DNA of 64,000 nt from an uncultured Prevotella sp. Lineage in GTDB: Bacteria; Bacteroidota; Bacteroidia; Bacteroidales; Bacteroidaceae. Positions 17,354 through 26,339 of this stretch are shown here, piece after piece. The notes below the pieces were generated by a model, which saw only the letters and a list, made by a program, of their open reading frames with translations, had not been told where the DNA came from and ran no database searches. The first letter of the stretch is position 1, and every line of letters begins with the position of its first letter. A program made the position numbers and the translations under genes. The stretch is from the NCBI GenBank assembly GCA_905233825.1, contig CAJOFE010000007.1, positions 54,314 through 118,313 on the forward strand, in the 5' to 3' direction.

Positions 17354-18346
17354 ATGAAAGAAAAGGCAAAAAAAGCACTAAAGATTGCACTACCCTTGCT
17401 ATTGGGTGGAGCTATCTTGTACTGGATGTATCGCGGTTTCGACTTTGAGCGGGTACGTCAGGTGGTGCTGCATGAGATGGACTGGACGTGGATGCTGCTC
17501 AGCTTCCCCTTTGGCATTATGGCACAGGCGTTACGTGGCTGGCGTTGGCGACAGACGCTGGAGCCCGTCACAGGACAGCCGAGGAAAAGTGTCAGCGTGA
17601 ACGCCATCTTCCTAAGCTATGCCGCTTCGCTGGTAGTGCCACGCATCGGCGAGTTCACCCGTTGTGGCGTGCTGAAGCGATGGGAAGGCATCTCGTTCTC
17701 CAAAGCATTAGGCACAGTGGTCACTGAGCGTATCGTCGATATGTTGCTCATGCTGGCTATCGTTGGTGCGACGTTGCTACTGGAGATGAGCACCTTCGGC
17801 ACCTTCTTCCAGCAGACAGGCACGAACATCAGTGGCATCCTAAGCGGCTTCACCTGGGCTGGCTGGCTGGTGACAGCCATCTGTCTATTGGCTATGGGCA
17901 TCCTGCTCTACATTCTATTGCGCAACCTCTCTATATATAATAAGGTACGCACGACGGTAAGCGACATCTGGCAGGGAGTGATGTCACTACGCCACGTCCA
18001 TAGTCTTCCGCTGTTCTCACTGATGACGGTAGGTATTTGGCTGTGCTACTTCCTGCATTACTATCTCACCTTCTTCTGCTTCGACTTCACTGCCAACCTG
18101 GGAATCGGCTGTGCACTGGTGACCTTCGTCGTAGGCTCCATCGCCGTCATCGTGCCTACCCCCAACGGTGCCGGCCCTTGGCACTTCGCTGTGAAGACGA
18201 TGCTCATCCTTTATGGCGTGCAGGACGAACAGGCCCTCTACTTCGTTCTGATCGTCCACACCGTTCAGACACTCCTCGTCATCGCATTAGGCATCTATGC
18301 TTGGATGCGATTATCAATGATTCAACGTATAACCCTAAAAACATAA
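17354..18346 (+). CDS. Polytopic membrane protein of the lysylphosphatidylglycerol-synthase TM-region / flippase-like (UPF0104) family
   Basis: 330 aa. The N-terminus KKALKIALPLLLGGAILYWMYRGFDF is typical of this family. I count about 8 hydrophobic segments. Confidence 0.7.
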   Translation: MKEKAKKALKIALPLLLGGAILYWMYRGFDFERVRQVVLHEMDWTWMLLSFPFGIMAQALRGWRWRQTLEPVTGQPRKSVSVNAIFLSYAASLVVPRIGEFTRCGVLKRWEGISFSKALGTVVTERIVDMLLMLAIVGATLLLEMSTFGTFFQQTGTNISGILSGFTWAGWLVTAICLLAMGILLYILLRNLSIYNKVRTTVSDIWQGVMSLRHVHSLPLFSLMTVGIWLCYFLHYYLTFFCFDFTANLGIGCALVTFVVGSIAVIVPTPNGAGPWHFAVKTMLILYGVQDEQALYFVLIVHTVQTLLVIALGIYAWMRLSMIQRITLKT

Positions 18347-18351
18347 CAACT

Positions 18352-19812
18352 ATGAACGAGATTCAAAACCTTCAGCCAGCATGTATCTGGCGCAACTTCT
18401 ACAAACTGACACAGGTGCCTCGTCCCAGCGGACACTTAGAGAAAATTCAGCAGTTCCTGCTTGACTTCGGCAAGGAGTGTGGCGTTTATGCCGTCAAGGA
18501 CCCTGCAGGCAACATCCACATGCGCAAGCCTGCCACACCAGGCATGGAGGACCGCAAGGGCATCATCCTGCAGGCCCACATGGATATGGTGCCTCAGAAA
18601 ACCCCTGAGTCGAAGCACAACTTCGAGACTGACCCCATCGAGCCGTGGATTGACGGCGAGTGGGTGAAGGCCAAGGGCACCACGCTGGGTGCTGACAACG
18701 GTCTCGGCGTAGCCAGTATCATGGCCATCATGGAAGACAAGACATTGGTGCATGGACCCATCGATGCCCTCATCACTCGCGACGAGGAGACGGGCATGTT
18801 TGGTGCCAACGAACTGCCTGAAGGCCAGTTACAGGGCGACATCCTGCTGAACCTCGACTCTGAGCACTGGGGCAAGTTCGTCATCGGAAGCGCTGGTGGC
18901 ATCGACGTTACCGCTACCTTGGAATACAAAGAGGTGGAGACTGATGCCGAGGATGCTGCCGTACGTGTGACCATCAAGAACCTGCGTGGTGGACACAGCG
19001 GACTGGAGATTCACGAGGGTCGTGGCAATGCCAACAAGCTGATGGTACGCCTGGTGCGCGAGGCTATCGAAGAGCTCGATGCTCGTCTGGCCTCCTGGCA
19101 TGGTGGTAACATGCGCAACGCCATCCCCTTCAAGGCCGAAACGGTACTCACCTTGCCGAAGGAGAACGTTGCTGCCCTGAAAGAGCTCTGCGCCGACTGG
19201 CAGGACGACTTCAACGACGAGTACAAGATCATCGAGCCACAGGGCATCGAGGTCATCGCCGAAGAGGTAGAGACCCCGAAGACAGAACTGCCTGTGGAGA
19301 TTCAGGACAACATCGTCGATGCCATCTATGCCTGCCACGACGGTGTCATCCGCATGATTCCCTCCTACCCCAACGTTGTTGAGACCTCCAGCAACCTGGC
19401 TATTATTGACATCGAGGACGGCAAGGCCGGCATTAAGATTCTTGCCCGTAGTAGCCGTGAGGACATGAAAGATTACGTGGTGAAGATGCTCGAGAGCTGT
19501 TTCAACATGGCCGGCATGAAGGTGGAGACGGCTGGTTCGTATGGCGGCTGGGATCCCAACCCTGAGAGCGAGGTGCTGCATCTGTTGCTGAAGGAGTACA
19601 AGGAGCTGTTTGGCGAGGATGGCATCATCCAGGTCGATCACGCTGGTTTGGAGTGCTCTGTCATCCTGGGCAAGTACCCCTGGCTCGACGTCGTCAGCCT
19701 TGGACCTACCATGAAGTCGCCCCACACCACTACGGAACGTGCCCTCATCGCCACAGTTGAACCCTTCTGGCAACTACTGAAGAAGGCGCTGGCCGACGTG
19801 CCTGAGAAGTAA
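18352..19812 (+). CDS. pepD: Aminoacyl-histidine (Xaa-His) dipeptidase, M20 family
   Basis: 486 aa counted from the ATG at 18352 (MNEIQNLQPACIWRNFYKLTQVPRPSGH). It contains HMDMV, GADNGLG and DEETGMFGA. The tracked start at 18037 overlaps the upstream gene. Confidence 0.88.
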   Translation: MNEIQNLQPACIWRNFYKLTQVPRPSGHLEKIQQFLLDFGKECGVYAVKDPAGNIHMRKPATPGMEDRKGIILQAHMDMVPQKTPESKHNFETDPIEPWIDGEWVKAKGTTLGADNGLGVASIMAIMEDKTLVHGPIDALITRDEETGMFGANELPEGQLQGDILLNLDSEHWGKFVIGSAGGIDVTATLEYKEVETDAEDAAVRVTIKNLRGGHSGLEIHEGRGNANKLMVRLVREAIEELDARLASWHGGNMRNAIPFKAETVLTLPKENVAALKELCADWQDDFNDEYKIIEPQGIEVIAEEVETPKTELPVEIQDNIVDAIYACHDGVIRMIPSYPNVVETSSNLAIIDIEDGKAGIKILARSSREDMKDYVVKMLESCFNMAGMKVETAGSYGGWDPNPESEVLHLLLKEYKELFGEDGIIQVDHAGLECSVILGKYPWLDVVSLGPTMKSPHTTTERALIATVEPFWQLLKKALADVPEK

Positions 19813-19830
19813 GTTTCTGTTCGACGAAAA

Positions 19831-19915
19831 ACAAATGCCGTTTCTAGGGCTTGGAAATGCCGTTTCTGAAGCCTGAAGATGCCGTTTCCAGGCCTTGGAA
19901 ACGGCATTTGTTTTT
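19831..19915. repeat. Four-unit array of the GAAATGCCGTTTC family (three forward units, one inverted) acting as a terminator
   Basis: The sequence is caaatgccgtttctagggc / ttggaaatgccgtttctgaagc / ctgaagatgccgtttccaggc / cttggaaacggcatttg, followed by ttttt. Confidence 0.8.
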
Positions 19916-19976
19916 CTAACAACGGAAAAGAAGCAAACTTTTTAGGGAAAAATGTGGAGAAAAAGAAAAAAATGTG

Positions 19977-19984
19977 TACCTTTG
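19977..19984 (+). promoter_or_regulatory. -7 box TACCTTTG ahead of a ~155-nt corA leader
   Basis: Read directly from the sequence. Confidence 0.55.
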
Positions 19985-20143
19985 CACCCGATAAACCAAT
20001 TAATATACAAAATTATGGACGACTACCCGGCGGAAAATTTTAAACGTTAGGCGGGAGGACAAGGCGGCAAGACTGCTAATCCTCTTGCCAAGAGAATTAA
20101 TAATTGTTAATTAGCAATTAGTAATTAGAAAGGATTAGCACCA

Positions 20144-21070
20144 ATGAAGACATTCTGGAACTTCCAAGGTGGGCTTAACCAGCTCCAAGAGTGGCAGCCC
20201 AACAGCTGGATACAGGTGACCTGCCCTACGGAGGAGGATCAGCACCAGCTTGAAGAGCAGTTCGGCATTCCCGACTATTTCATCACCGACATCAGCGATA
20301 CCGATGAGAGAGCCCGTTATGAATATGATGACGGCTGGATGCTCATCATCCTGCGTATTCCCTACGTGAAAGAGATACGTTCGCGTACACCTTATACGAC
20401 GGTGCCTCTGGGCATCATCCACAAGCGCGACGTCACCATCACTGTGTGCTACTACGAGACGAACATGATGATTGACTTTGTCTCCTACCAGCAGAAGCGT
20501 GGTGTGGGCTTCACGGACTATGTGGATATGATCTTCCGTCTGTTCTACAGTTCGGCAGTATGGTATCTGAAGCGCCTGAAGCAGATCAACTCGCTCATCG
20601 ACAAGGCCAAGCGCAACCTGGATCGTGACGTGAACAATGAAAGCCTGATAGGCCTGAGCCGTCTGCAGGACTCGCTGACCTACTTCCAAACCTCGATCCG
20701 AGGTAACGAGACGTTACTGTCGAAGCTGAAGTTCAAGCTACAGATTGACGAGTTAGACGCTGACCTGATTGAAGACGTGAACATCGAGATGACGCAGGCT
20801 CGCGAGACGACGGCCATCTACTCGGACATTCTTGAATCGACGATGGACACCTACTCCAGCATCATCAACAACAACATGAACACAGTGATGCGTACGCTGA
20901 CCTCAGTCACCATTATCATGATGTTCCCCACGCTCATCGCCTCACTCTTCGGCATGAACCTTGTCAACGGTATGGAGGAAAAACCTTTCGGATTTATCCT
21001 CGCCCTCGTCATCTCCGTTGGCACCGCTGCTGCAGCCTGGTGGTTCTTCCGTCACAAGCGATTAGTATAA
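20144..21070 (+). CDS. corA: CorA-family magnesium/cobalt transporter
   Basis: 308 aa. It has a C-terminal two-TM region with a GMN motif (LFGMNLVNG). Confidence 0.85.
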   Translation: MKTFWNFQGGLNQLQEWQPNSWIQVTCPTEEDQHQLEEQFGIPDYFITDISDTDERARYEYDDGWMLIILRIPYVKEIRSRTPYTTVPLGIIHKRDVTITVCYYETNMMIDFVSYQQKRGVGFTDYVDMIFRLFYSSAVWYLKRLKQINSLIDKAKRNLDRDVNNESLIGLSRLQDSLTYFQTSIRGNETLLSKLKFKLQIDELDADLIEDVNIEMTQARETTAIYSDILESTMDTYSSIINNNMNTVMRTLTSVTIIMMFPTLIASLFGMNLVNGMEEKPFGFILALVISVGTAAAAWWFFRHKRLV

Positions 21071-21162
21071 GGTAAGAGAGAAAAGAGAAGAGGGGAAAGT
21101 TAAAAAAGTATAATGCAGGGCGAAAACTTCCAACTTTCCCCTTTCCTCTTTCAACTTTTTTG

Positions 21163-21170
21163 TACCTTTG
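21163..21170 (+). promoter_or_regulatory. -7 box TACCTTTG upstream of the DUF349 gene
   Basis: Read directly from the sequence. Confidence 0.55.
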
Positions 21171-21219
21171 CCCCATTATTGTGAACATACTTATCTAAAT
21201 CACTAACTAAAAAAGTTAA

Positions 21220-23190
21220 ATGATGGACTCTCAAGAAAACATCCTCGTCAGCGAAAACGCTGCTTCGCCAGTCGAAGAAAAGGAAACACAAGTGGAAGTA
21301 ACAGCAGAAGAGACGGTGCCCGCTGCACCCGAGGCTTCTGAAGTGGAAACAGCCGACAAAGAGCCGGAAGTGCCGACAGCAGAAGAAACACCGATAGCTG
21401 AGGAAGAACCCGCAGCTGAGGAGATGCCTGTAGTTGAGGACACGCCGGAAGAGCCGACAGCTGCTGCCGAAGAACGCAAGGCCTACGCCACTAAGGCTGA
21501 GGTACTGGAGCGCGTGAAGGAGATAGCTCACGGCGAGGAGAATCCACAGAAAGACGAGGTTGACTATCTGAAAACCGCTTTCTACAAACTGCACATCGCC
21601 GAGCGCGAGGCTAAGTTAAAGGACTATATCGACGGTGGTGGCGACCCCGAAGCCTACCAGATCACTCCCGATGAAGACGAGGAGGTGTTCAAGGCCGAGA
21701 TGGGTATTATCAAGGAACGCCGTCAGCAACTGTTCCGTGAGCAGGAAGCAGAGAAGGAAGAGAATCTGAAGAAGAAGCTCGCCATCATTGAGAAGATAAA
21801 GGCTATGGTCACTTCGCCCGAGGAAGCCAGCAAGACCTATCAGGAGTTCAAGGCCCTGCAGCAGGAGTGGCGCGAGATTAAGTCTGTTCCGGCAGAGAGA
21901 GCCAATGAGCTGTGGCGCAACTATCAGCTCTATGTGGAGCAGTTCTACGACCTGCTGAAACTGAACAGCGAGGCTCGTGAGCTGGACTTCAAGAAGAACT
22001 TAGAGGCCAAGACCCGCCTGTGCGAGACTGCAGAGAAGCTGGCCGAAGAGCCCGATGTCATCAGCGCTTTCCACCAGCTGCAGAAGCTGCATCAGGAATA
22101 TCGCGAGATAGGTCCCGTAAGCAAGGAGCTGCGCGAGGAAATCTGGCAACGCTTCAAGGCTGCATCGACCGTTATCAACAAGCGTCACCAGCAGCACTTC
22201 GAAGGCCTGCGTGCCCGTGAGGAGGAGAACTTAGAGAAAAAGACTGCCCTCTGCGAAAAGGTGGAAGCCATTGCTGCTGAGGAGAACAAGAGCAGCGCCG
22301 ACTGGGAACGCCATACGCAGGAAATCATTGGCATACAGTCGGAATGGAAGACCATCGGCTTCGCTCCGCAGAAGATGAACGTGAAGATCTTCGAGCGTTT
22401 CCGTGCTGCCTGCGACGGATTCTTCGCTAGCAAGGCTGAGCATTTCCGCTCGTTGAAAGACTCATACAAAGAGAATGCCGAGAAGAAGCGTGCCCTCATC
22501 GAGAAGGCCAAGGCCCTGCAGGACAGCACCGAATGGCGCTCTACCAGCGATAAGCTCATCGCCCTGCAGAAAGAGTGGAAGACCATCGGCGTGGTACCCA
22601 AGAAGCTGGGTGACCAGCTGTGGGAAGAGTTCCTCGGAGCCTGCAACAAGTTCTTCGAGGCCCGCAATGCCGCAGGTGCCGGTCAGCGTGGCGAGGAGCG
22701 TCAGAACCTGGAGAAGAAGCGCGACGTCATCAGCCGCATGAAGGCCGTAGCCGAAGATGCTGGCGACGATGTGCAGGCCAAGATACAGTCGCTCGTTGAG
22801 GAATACAACGCCATCGGCCACGTACCCTTCAAGGAGAAGGACAAGCTCTATGAGGAATACCATCAGGTGCTCGACAAACTCTATAAGGACCTGAATATCA
22901 GCGTGGCACGTCGCCGCCTGAACAAGTTCAAGGACAATCTGAGGCAGGTTGCCGAACGCGGAGAAGGAGCACTCGACAACGAGCGCCAGCGCTTGATGCG
23001 CCAGTATGAGCAGCTGAAGCAGGAGGCTCAGACCTATGAGAACAACCTCGGCTTCCTCAGCGCCAGCTCAAAGAAGGGCAACTCGCTCATCGACGAGATG
23101 AACCGCAAGGTGCAGAAGCTGAAGGACGACATGCAGCTCGTGAAGGAAAAGATCAAAGCCATCGATGCTGAGAATGCCGAGAAAGAATAA
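21220..23190 (+). CDS. DUF349 repeat protein with an acidic Pro/Glu-rich N-terminus
   Basis: 656 aa. At least five repeats of the form EW[KR]xIGxVPxxxxxxLWxxF are present. Confidence 0.8.
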   Translation: MMDSQENILVSENAASPVEEKETQVEVTAEETVPAAPEASEVETADKEPEVPTAEETPIAEEEPAAEEMPVVEDTPEEPTAAAEERKAYATKAEVLERVKEIAHGEENPQKDEVDYLKTAFYKLHIAEREAKLKDYIDGGGDPEAYQITPDEDEEVFKAEMGIIKERRQQLFREQEAEKEENLKKKLAIIEKIKAMVTSPEEASKTYQEFKALQQEWREIKSVPAERANELWRNYQLYVEQFYDLLKLNSEARELDFKKNLEAKTRLCETAEKLAEEPDVISAFHQLQKLHQEYREIGPVSKELREEIWQRFKAASTVINKRHQQHFEGLRAREEENLEKKTALCEKVEAIAAEENKSSADWERHTQEIIGIQSEWKTIGFAPQKMNVKIFERFRAACDGFFASKAEHFRSLKDSYKENAEKKRALIEKAKALQDSTEWRSTSDKLIALQKEWKTIGVVPKKLGDQLWEEFLGACNKFFEARNAAGAGQRGEERQNLEKKRDVISRMKAVAEDAGDDVQAKIQSLVEEYNAIGHVPFKEKDKLYEEYHQVLDKLYKDLNISVARRRLNKFKDNLRQVAERGEGALDNERQRLMRQYEQLKQEAQTYENNLGFLSASSKKGNSLIDEMNRKVQKLKDDMQLVKEKIKAIDAENAEKE

Positions 23191-23216
23191 CAATCACAAA
23201 CACAATACACAAAAAC

Positions 23217-24116
23217 ATGAAGAAGATTAGGGTTGCCGTAGTGGGCTACGGCAATATCGGACGCTATGCACTTCAGGCGTTGGAGACAGCTCCCGACTTT
23301 GAAGTTGCAGGCATCGTGCGCCGCAATGGAGCAGAGAACAAGCCAGCAGAACTGGCTGGTTACGAAGTAGTGAAGGACATCCGTGAACTGAAGGATGTTG
23401 ATGTGGCTATCCTGGCTACACCTACCCGTTCGTGTGAGGAATATGCCAAGCAGATTCTTCCTTTGGGCATCAACACCGTTGATTCATTCGACATTCACAC
23501 GCTCATCCGCGACTATCGCCGTACGCTGACAGAGCTGAACAAGCAGACAGGTACCGTGAGCATCATCGCCGCAGGATGGGATCCGGGCAGCGACAGCATC
23601 GTGCGCACCCTGATGCAGAGTCTTGCACCCAAAGGCTTGAGCTATACCAACTTCGGCCCAGGCATGTCGATGGGCCACTCGGTCTGCGTGCGCTCAAAAG
23701 CAGGCGTGAAGAACGCCCTCTCCATGACTATTCCTTTGGGCGAAGGCATCCACCGCCGCATGGTCTATGTAGAGCTGGAAGACGGCGCCAAGCTGGAAGA
23801 GGTGACTGCCGCCATCAAGGCCGATCCTTATTTCGCCAGCGACGAGACGCATGTATTCCAGGTGGAGAGCGTTGATGACGTGCGCGACATGGGTCATGGC
23901 GTACATCTGGTGCGCAAGGGTGTCAGCGGACAGACGCAGAACCAGCGCTTCGAGTTCAACATGAGCATCAACAACCCCGCCCTCACCGGACAGGTGCTGG
24001 TCAATGTGGCACGTGCCAGCATGCGCCAGCAGCCCGGCTGTTACACGATGATTGAGATTCCCGTCATCGACATGCTGCCTGGCGACCGCGAGGATCTCAT
24101 TGCCCACTTAGTCTGA
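23217..24116 (+). CDS. ddh: meso-diaminopimelate D-dehydrogenase
   Basis: 299 aa. The N-terminal Rossmann motif is KIRVAVVGYGNIGR, followed by WDPGSDS. Length and pattern match Ddh of Bacteroidota. Confidence 0.85.
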   Translation: MKKIRVAVVGYGNIGRYALQALETAPDFEVAGIVRRNGAENKPAELAGYEVVKDIRELKDVDVAILATPTRSCEEYAKQILPLGINTVDSFDIHTLIRDYRRTLTELNKQTGTVSIIAAGWDPGSDSIVRTLMQSLAPKGLSYTNFGPGMSMGHSVCVRSKAGVKNALSMTIPLGEGIHRRMVYVELEDGAKLEEVTAAIKADPYFASDETHVFQVESVDDVRDMGHGVHLVRKGVSGQTQNQRFEFNMSINNPALTGQVLVNVARASMRQQPGCYTMIEIPVIDMLPGDREDLIAHLV

Positions 24117-24132
24117 TTGATTATATTAAAAA

Positions 24133-24201
24133 GACAACCTGAACAACTAAAGGCAACGCTCTTTTTATGTTGTCCCCTGTTGTTCAGGTTGTCTTTTTTT
24201 T
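24133..24201. terminator. Bidirectional terminator between convergent ddh and nadB
   Basis: A 15-bp stem pairs gacaacctgaacaac (24133-24147) with gttgttcaggttgtc (24179-24193), followed by T8. Confidence 0.75.
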
Positions 24202-24209
24202 ATGTCCTT

Positions 24210-25796
24210 TTATTTGTCGTAGGCGTGCACAGGATAGTCGATTGTGAAGTGCAGACCACGACTTTCTTTGCGCTCTAAAGCGAAGCGGGTAATCAGATAG
24301 CCCACGTTGATCATATTACGCAGCTCGCAGATGTCACGGCTGGCCTTCACACGCTTGAAGAGGCGTTCCGTCTCTTCGTAAAGCATATCCAGACGATCCC
24401 AGGCACGATGCAGGCGCAGGTCACTACGCACGATGCCCACATAGTTCGACATAATCTGATTCACCTCCCTTACGCTTTGCGTGATGAGCACCTTCTCCTC
24501 GTTGGTCATCGTACCCTCATCGTTCCACTCAGGCACCTTGTCGTTGAAGTCATAGAGGTCAATATGCTTCAGCGAGTCCTTTGCAGCTGCATCGGCATAG
24601 ACCACAGCCTCGATGAGCGAGTTCGAAGCCAGACGGTTACCGCCATGCAGACCCGTGCATGAACACTCGCCCAGCGCATAGAGACGCTCTATGCTCGACT
24701 GCCCGTTCAAATCGACCTTGATGCCGCCGCACATATAGTGGGCCGCAGGACGCACGGGGATATAGTCCGTGGTGATATCAACACCCATGCTGAGGCACTT
24801 CTGATAGATATTGGGGAAGTGATGGCGCGTCTCGGCGGGGTCTTTATGCGTTACGTCGAGGCAGACATGATCCAAACCGTGAATCTTCATCTCCTTATCG
24901 ATGGCGCGAGCCACAATGTCACGCGGTGCCAGCGAGAGGCGTTCGTCGTATTTCTCCATGAACGTCTCGCCATTGGGCAGTTTCAGGATGCCACCATAGC
25001 CACGCATGGCTTCCGTGATGAGATAGGCAGGATGCGTCTCCGTCGGATTATGGAGCACGGTGGGATGGAACTGCACGAACTCCATATCCTGCACCGTTCC
25101 CTTGGCACGATAGACCATAGCGATGCCGTCGCCCGTGGCGATGACGGGGTTCGACGTGGTCAGATAGACGGCTCCACAGCCACCTGTGCACATCACCGTG
25201 ATCTTTGCCAGATAGGTATCCACCTTCTCGGTATCGGGATTCAGCACATAGGCACCATAGCATTGTATATGAGGCGAACGGCGTGTGACGCGAACGCCCA
25301 TGTGGTGCTGCGTGATGACCTCCACGGCGAAGTGGTTCTCCTTGATGCTGATACCCGGACAAGCCCTGACGGCTTCCATCAGTCCACGCTGTATCTCGGC
25401 GCCCGTGTCGTCGGCATGATGCAGGATGCGGAACTCCGAGTGTCCTCCCTCACGATGCAGGTCGAAGGTACCGTCATCCTTCCTGTCGAAGTTCACCCCC
25501 CATTGCACCAGCTCCTGTATCTGTGCAGGTGCGTTCTTCACCACCTGCTCTACGGCGGCACGGTCGCTGATATAGTCGCCTGCTATCATCGTGTCCTCGA
25601 TGTGCTTGTCGAAGTTATCGACAGCCAGGTTCGTGACCGAGGCCACGCCACCCTGTGCAAACGAGGTGTTGGCCTCGTCCAGACTGGTTTTACATATCAT
25701 GCACACCGAGCCTTTCTTCTCGCGTGCCACCTTGAGGGCATAGCTCATTCCGGCCACACCAGCTCCGATAATCAGGAAGTCGTACTTATAGACCAT
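24210..25796 (-). CDS. nadB: L-aspartate oxidase
   Basis: 528 aa counted from the ATG at 25796 (MVYKYDFLIIGAGVAGMS). It has a FAD-binding GxGxxG motif and succinate-dehydrogenase/fumarate-reductase flavoprotein-like blocks. Confidence 0.9.
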   Translation of the reverse strand: MVYKYDFLIIGAGVAGMSYALKVAREKKGSVCMICKTSLDEANTSFAQGGVASVTNLAVDNFDKHIEDTMIAGDYISDRAAVEQVVKNAPAQIQELVQWGVNFDRKDDGTFDLHREGGHSEFRILHHADDTGAEIQRGLMEAVRACPGISIKENHFAVEVITQHHMGVRVTRRSPHIQCYGAYVLNPDTEKVDTYLAKITVMCTGGCGAVYLTTSNPVIATGDGIAMVYRAKGTVQDMEFVQFHPTVLHNPTETHPAYLITEAMRGYGGILKLPNGETFMEKYDERLSLAPRDIVARAIDKEMKIHGLDHVCLDVTHKDPAETRHHFPNIYQKCLSMGVDITTDYIPVRPAAHYMCGGIKVDLNGQSSIERLYALGECSCTGLHGGNRLASNSLIEAVVYADAAAKDSLKHIDLYDFNDKVPEWNDEGTMTNEEKVLITQSVREVNQIMSNYVGIVRSDLRLHRAWDRLDMLYEETERLFKRVKASRDICELRNMINVGYLITRFALERKESRGLHFTIDYPVHAYDK

Positions 25797-25822
25797 AGTT
25801 CCATATTTTGATTTGTTGGGTA

Positions 25823-25830
25823 CAAAGGTA
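25823..25830 (-). promoter_or_regulatory. -7 box TACCTTTG for nadB
   Basis: The plus-strand sequence is caaaggta, 27 nt from the ATG. Confidence 0.6.
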
Positions 25831-25834
25831 CAGC

Positions 25835-25869
25835 AAAAAGAGCGAACTGCCAAACAATTCGCTCTTTTT
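25835..25869 (-). terminator. nrdG terminator abutting the nadB promoter
   Basis: The stem aaaaagagcgaa / ttcgctcttttt starts immediately after the nrdG stop at 25870. Confidence 0.7.
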
Positions 25870-26337
25870 TTATTTCCGCCAGAAGCGTTCGGTGATGTCC
25901 TGCTGGTCGCCATTGGGCAGGATATGATAGAGGCGCTGGTTGGTGGTGCGCTCTTTCAGGGGTCCGAGATGGCGGATGAAAGGTCCGATCTTGATGTAGT
26001 CGAAGTCGGGAATGTTCACGACGGCAGGAATACGGATGCGCCCGCTGTACCATGCTACATGGAACTGCGGGTGCTCCGTATGAATGTACTGCGCCAGCTG
26101 GTTGACTGCCTTCGGTTCGGCATCGCCGCCCATGAAGGCAATGCACGTAATGTCACTACCATACTCACCAACGAAGGCATCGATAGCATCCGTGTTCAAC
26201 GGCAGGCCGATGTCTTCCCACAGATAGTGGCTGTGACATCCCGGACAGCGACACGGGCAATTACTGATATTTATTGCCAGTGTCACTTCGTCCGGAATCT
26301 CCTGAAAAACAATCCCTGTGTTAACGTACTTCAACAT
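25870..26337 (-). CDS. nrdG: Anaerobic ribonucleoside-triphosphate reductase activating protein (radical SAM)
   Basis: 155 aa counted from the ATG at 26337 (MLKYVNTGIVFQEIPDEV). It has a Cys cluster CPCRCPGC. It lies 2 nt downstream of the nrdD stop. Confidence 0.85.
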   Translation of the reverse strand: MLKYVNTGIVFQEIPDEVTLAINISNCPCRCPGCHSHYLWEDIGLPLNTDAIDAFVGEYGSDITCIAFMGGDAEPKAVNQLAQYIHTEHPQFHVAWYSGRIRIPAVVNIPDFDYIKIGPFIRHLGPLKERTTNQRLYHILPNGDQQDITERFWRK

Positions 26338-26339
26338 AG

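Noticed and set aside
18037-18351. A 105-codon N-terminal extension of the pepD ORF. Analogous extensions occur for rsmA (17226-17291), nadB (25797-25913), nrdG (26338-26508), the DUF5119-like gene (30981-31070), the SNF transporter (57003-57029) and the TTG starts at 28681, 30445 and 46579.
   Set aside because: The extensions overlap upstream genes or run through -7 promoter boxes. Internal ATGs give canonical family N-termini or signal peptides.
18829-19773. A 314-aa minus-strand ORF antisense to pepD. The same class includes 20135-20689, 26451-27173, 27285-28010, 45455-46237, 48875-49624, 51803-52420, 59611-60315, 60925-61488 and 61912-62607.
   Set aside because: All are nested antisense within confidently identified genes and have shadow-frame composition.
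19990-20143. An M-box (ykoK) Mg2+ riboswitch upstream of corA.
   Set aside because: I cannot find the conserved M-box core helices, and that class is not expected in this phylum. It is kept only as an unclassified structured leader.
24738-25811. A 357-aa plus-strand ORF antisense to nadB.
   Set aside because: It is a shadow ORF of a well-supported flavoprotein gene, with low-complexity Arg/His/Gly/Val composition and no start context.
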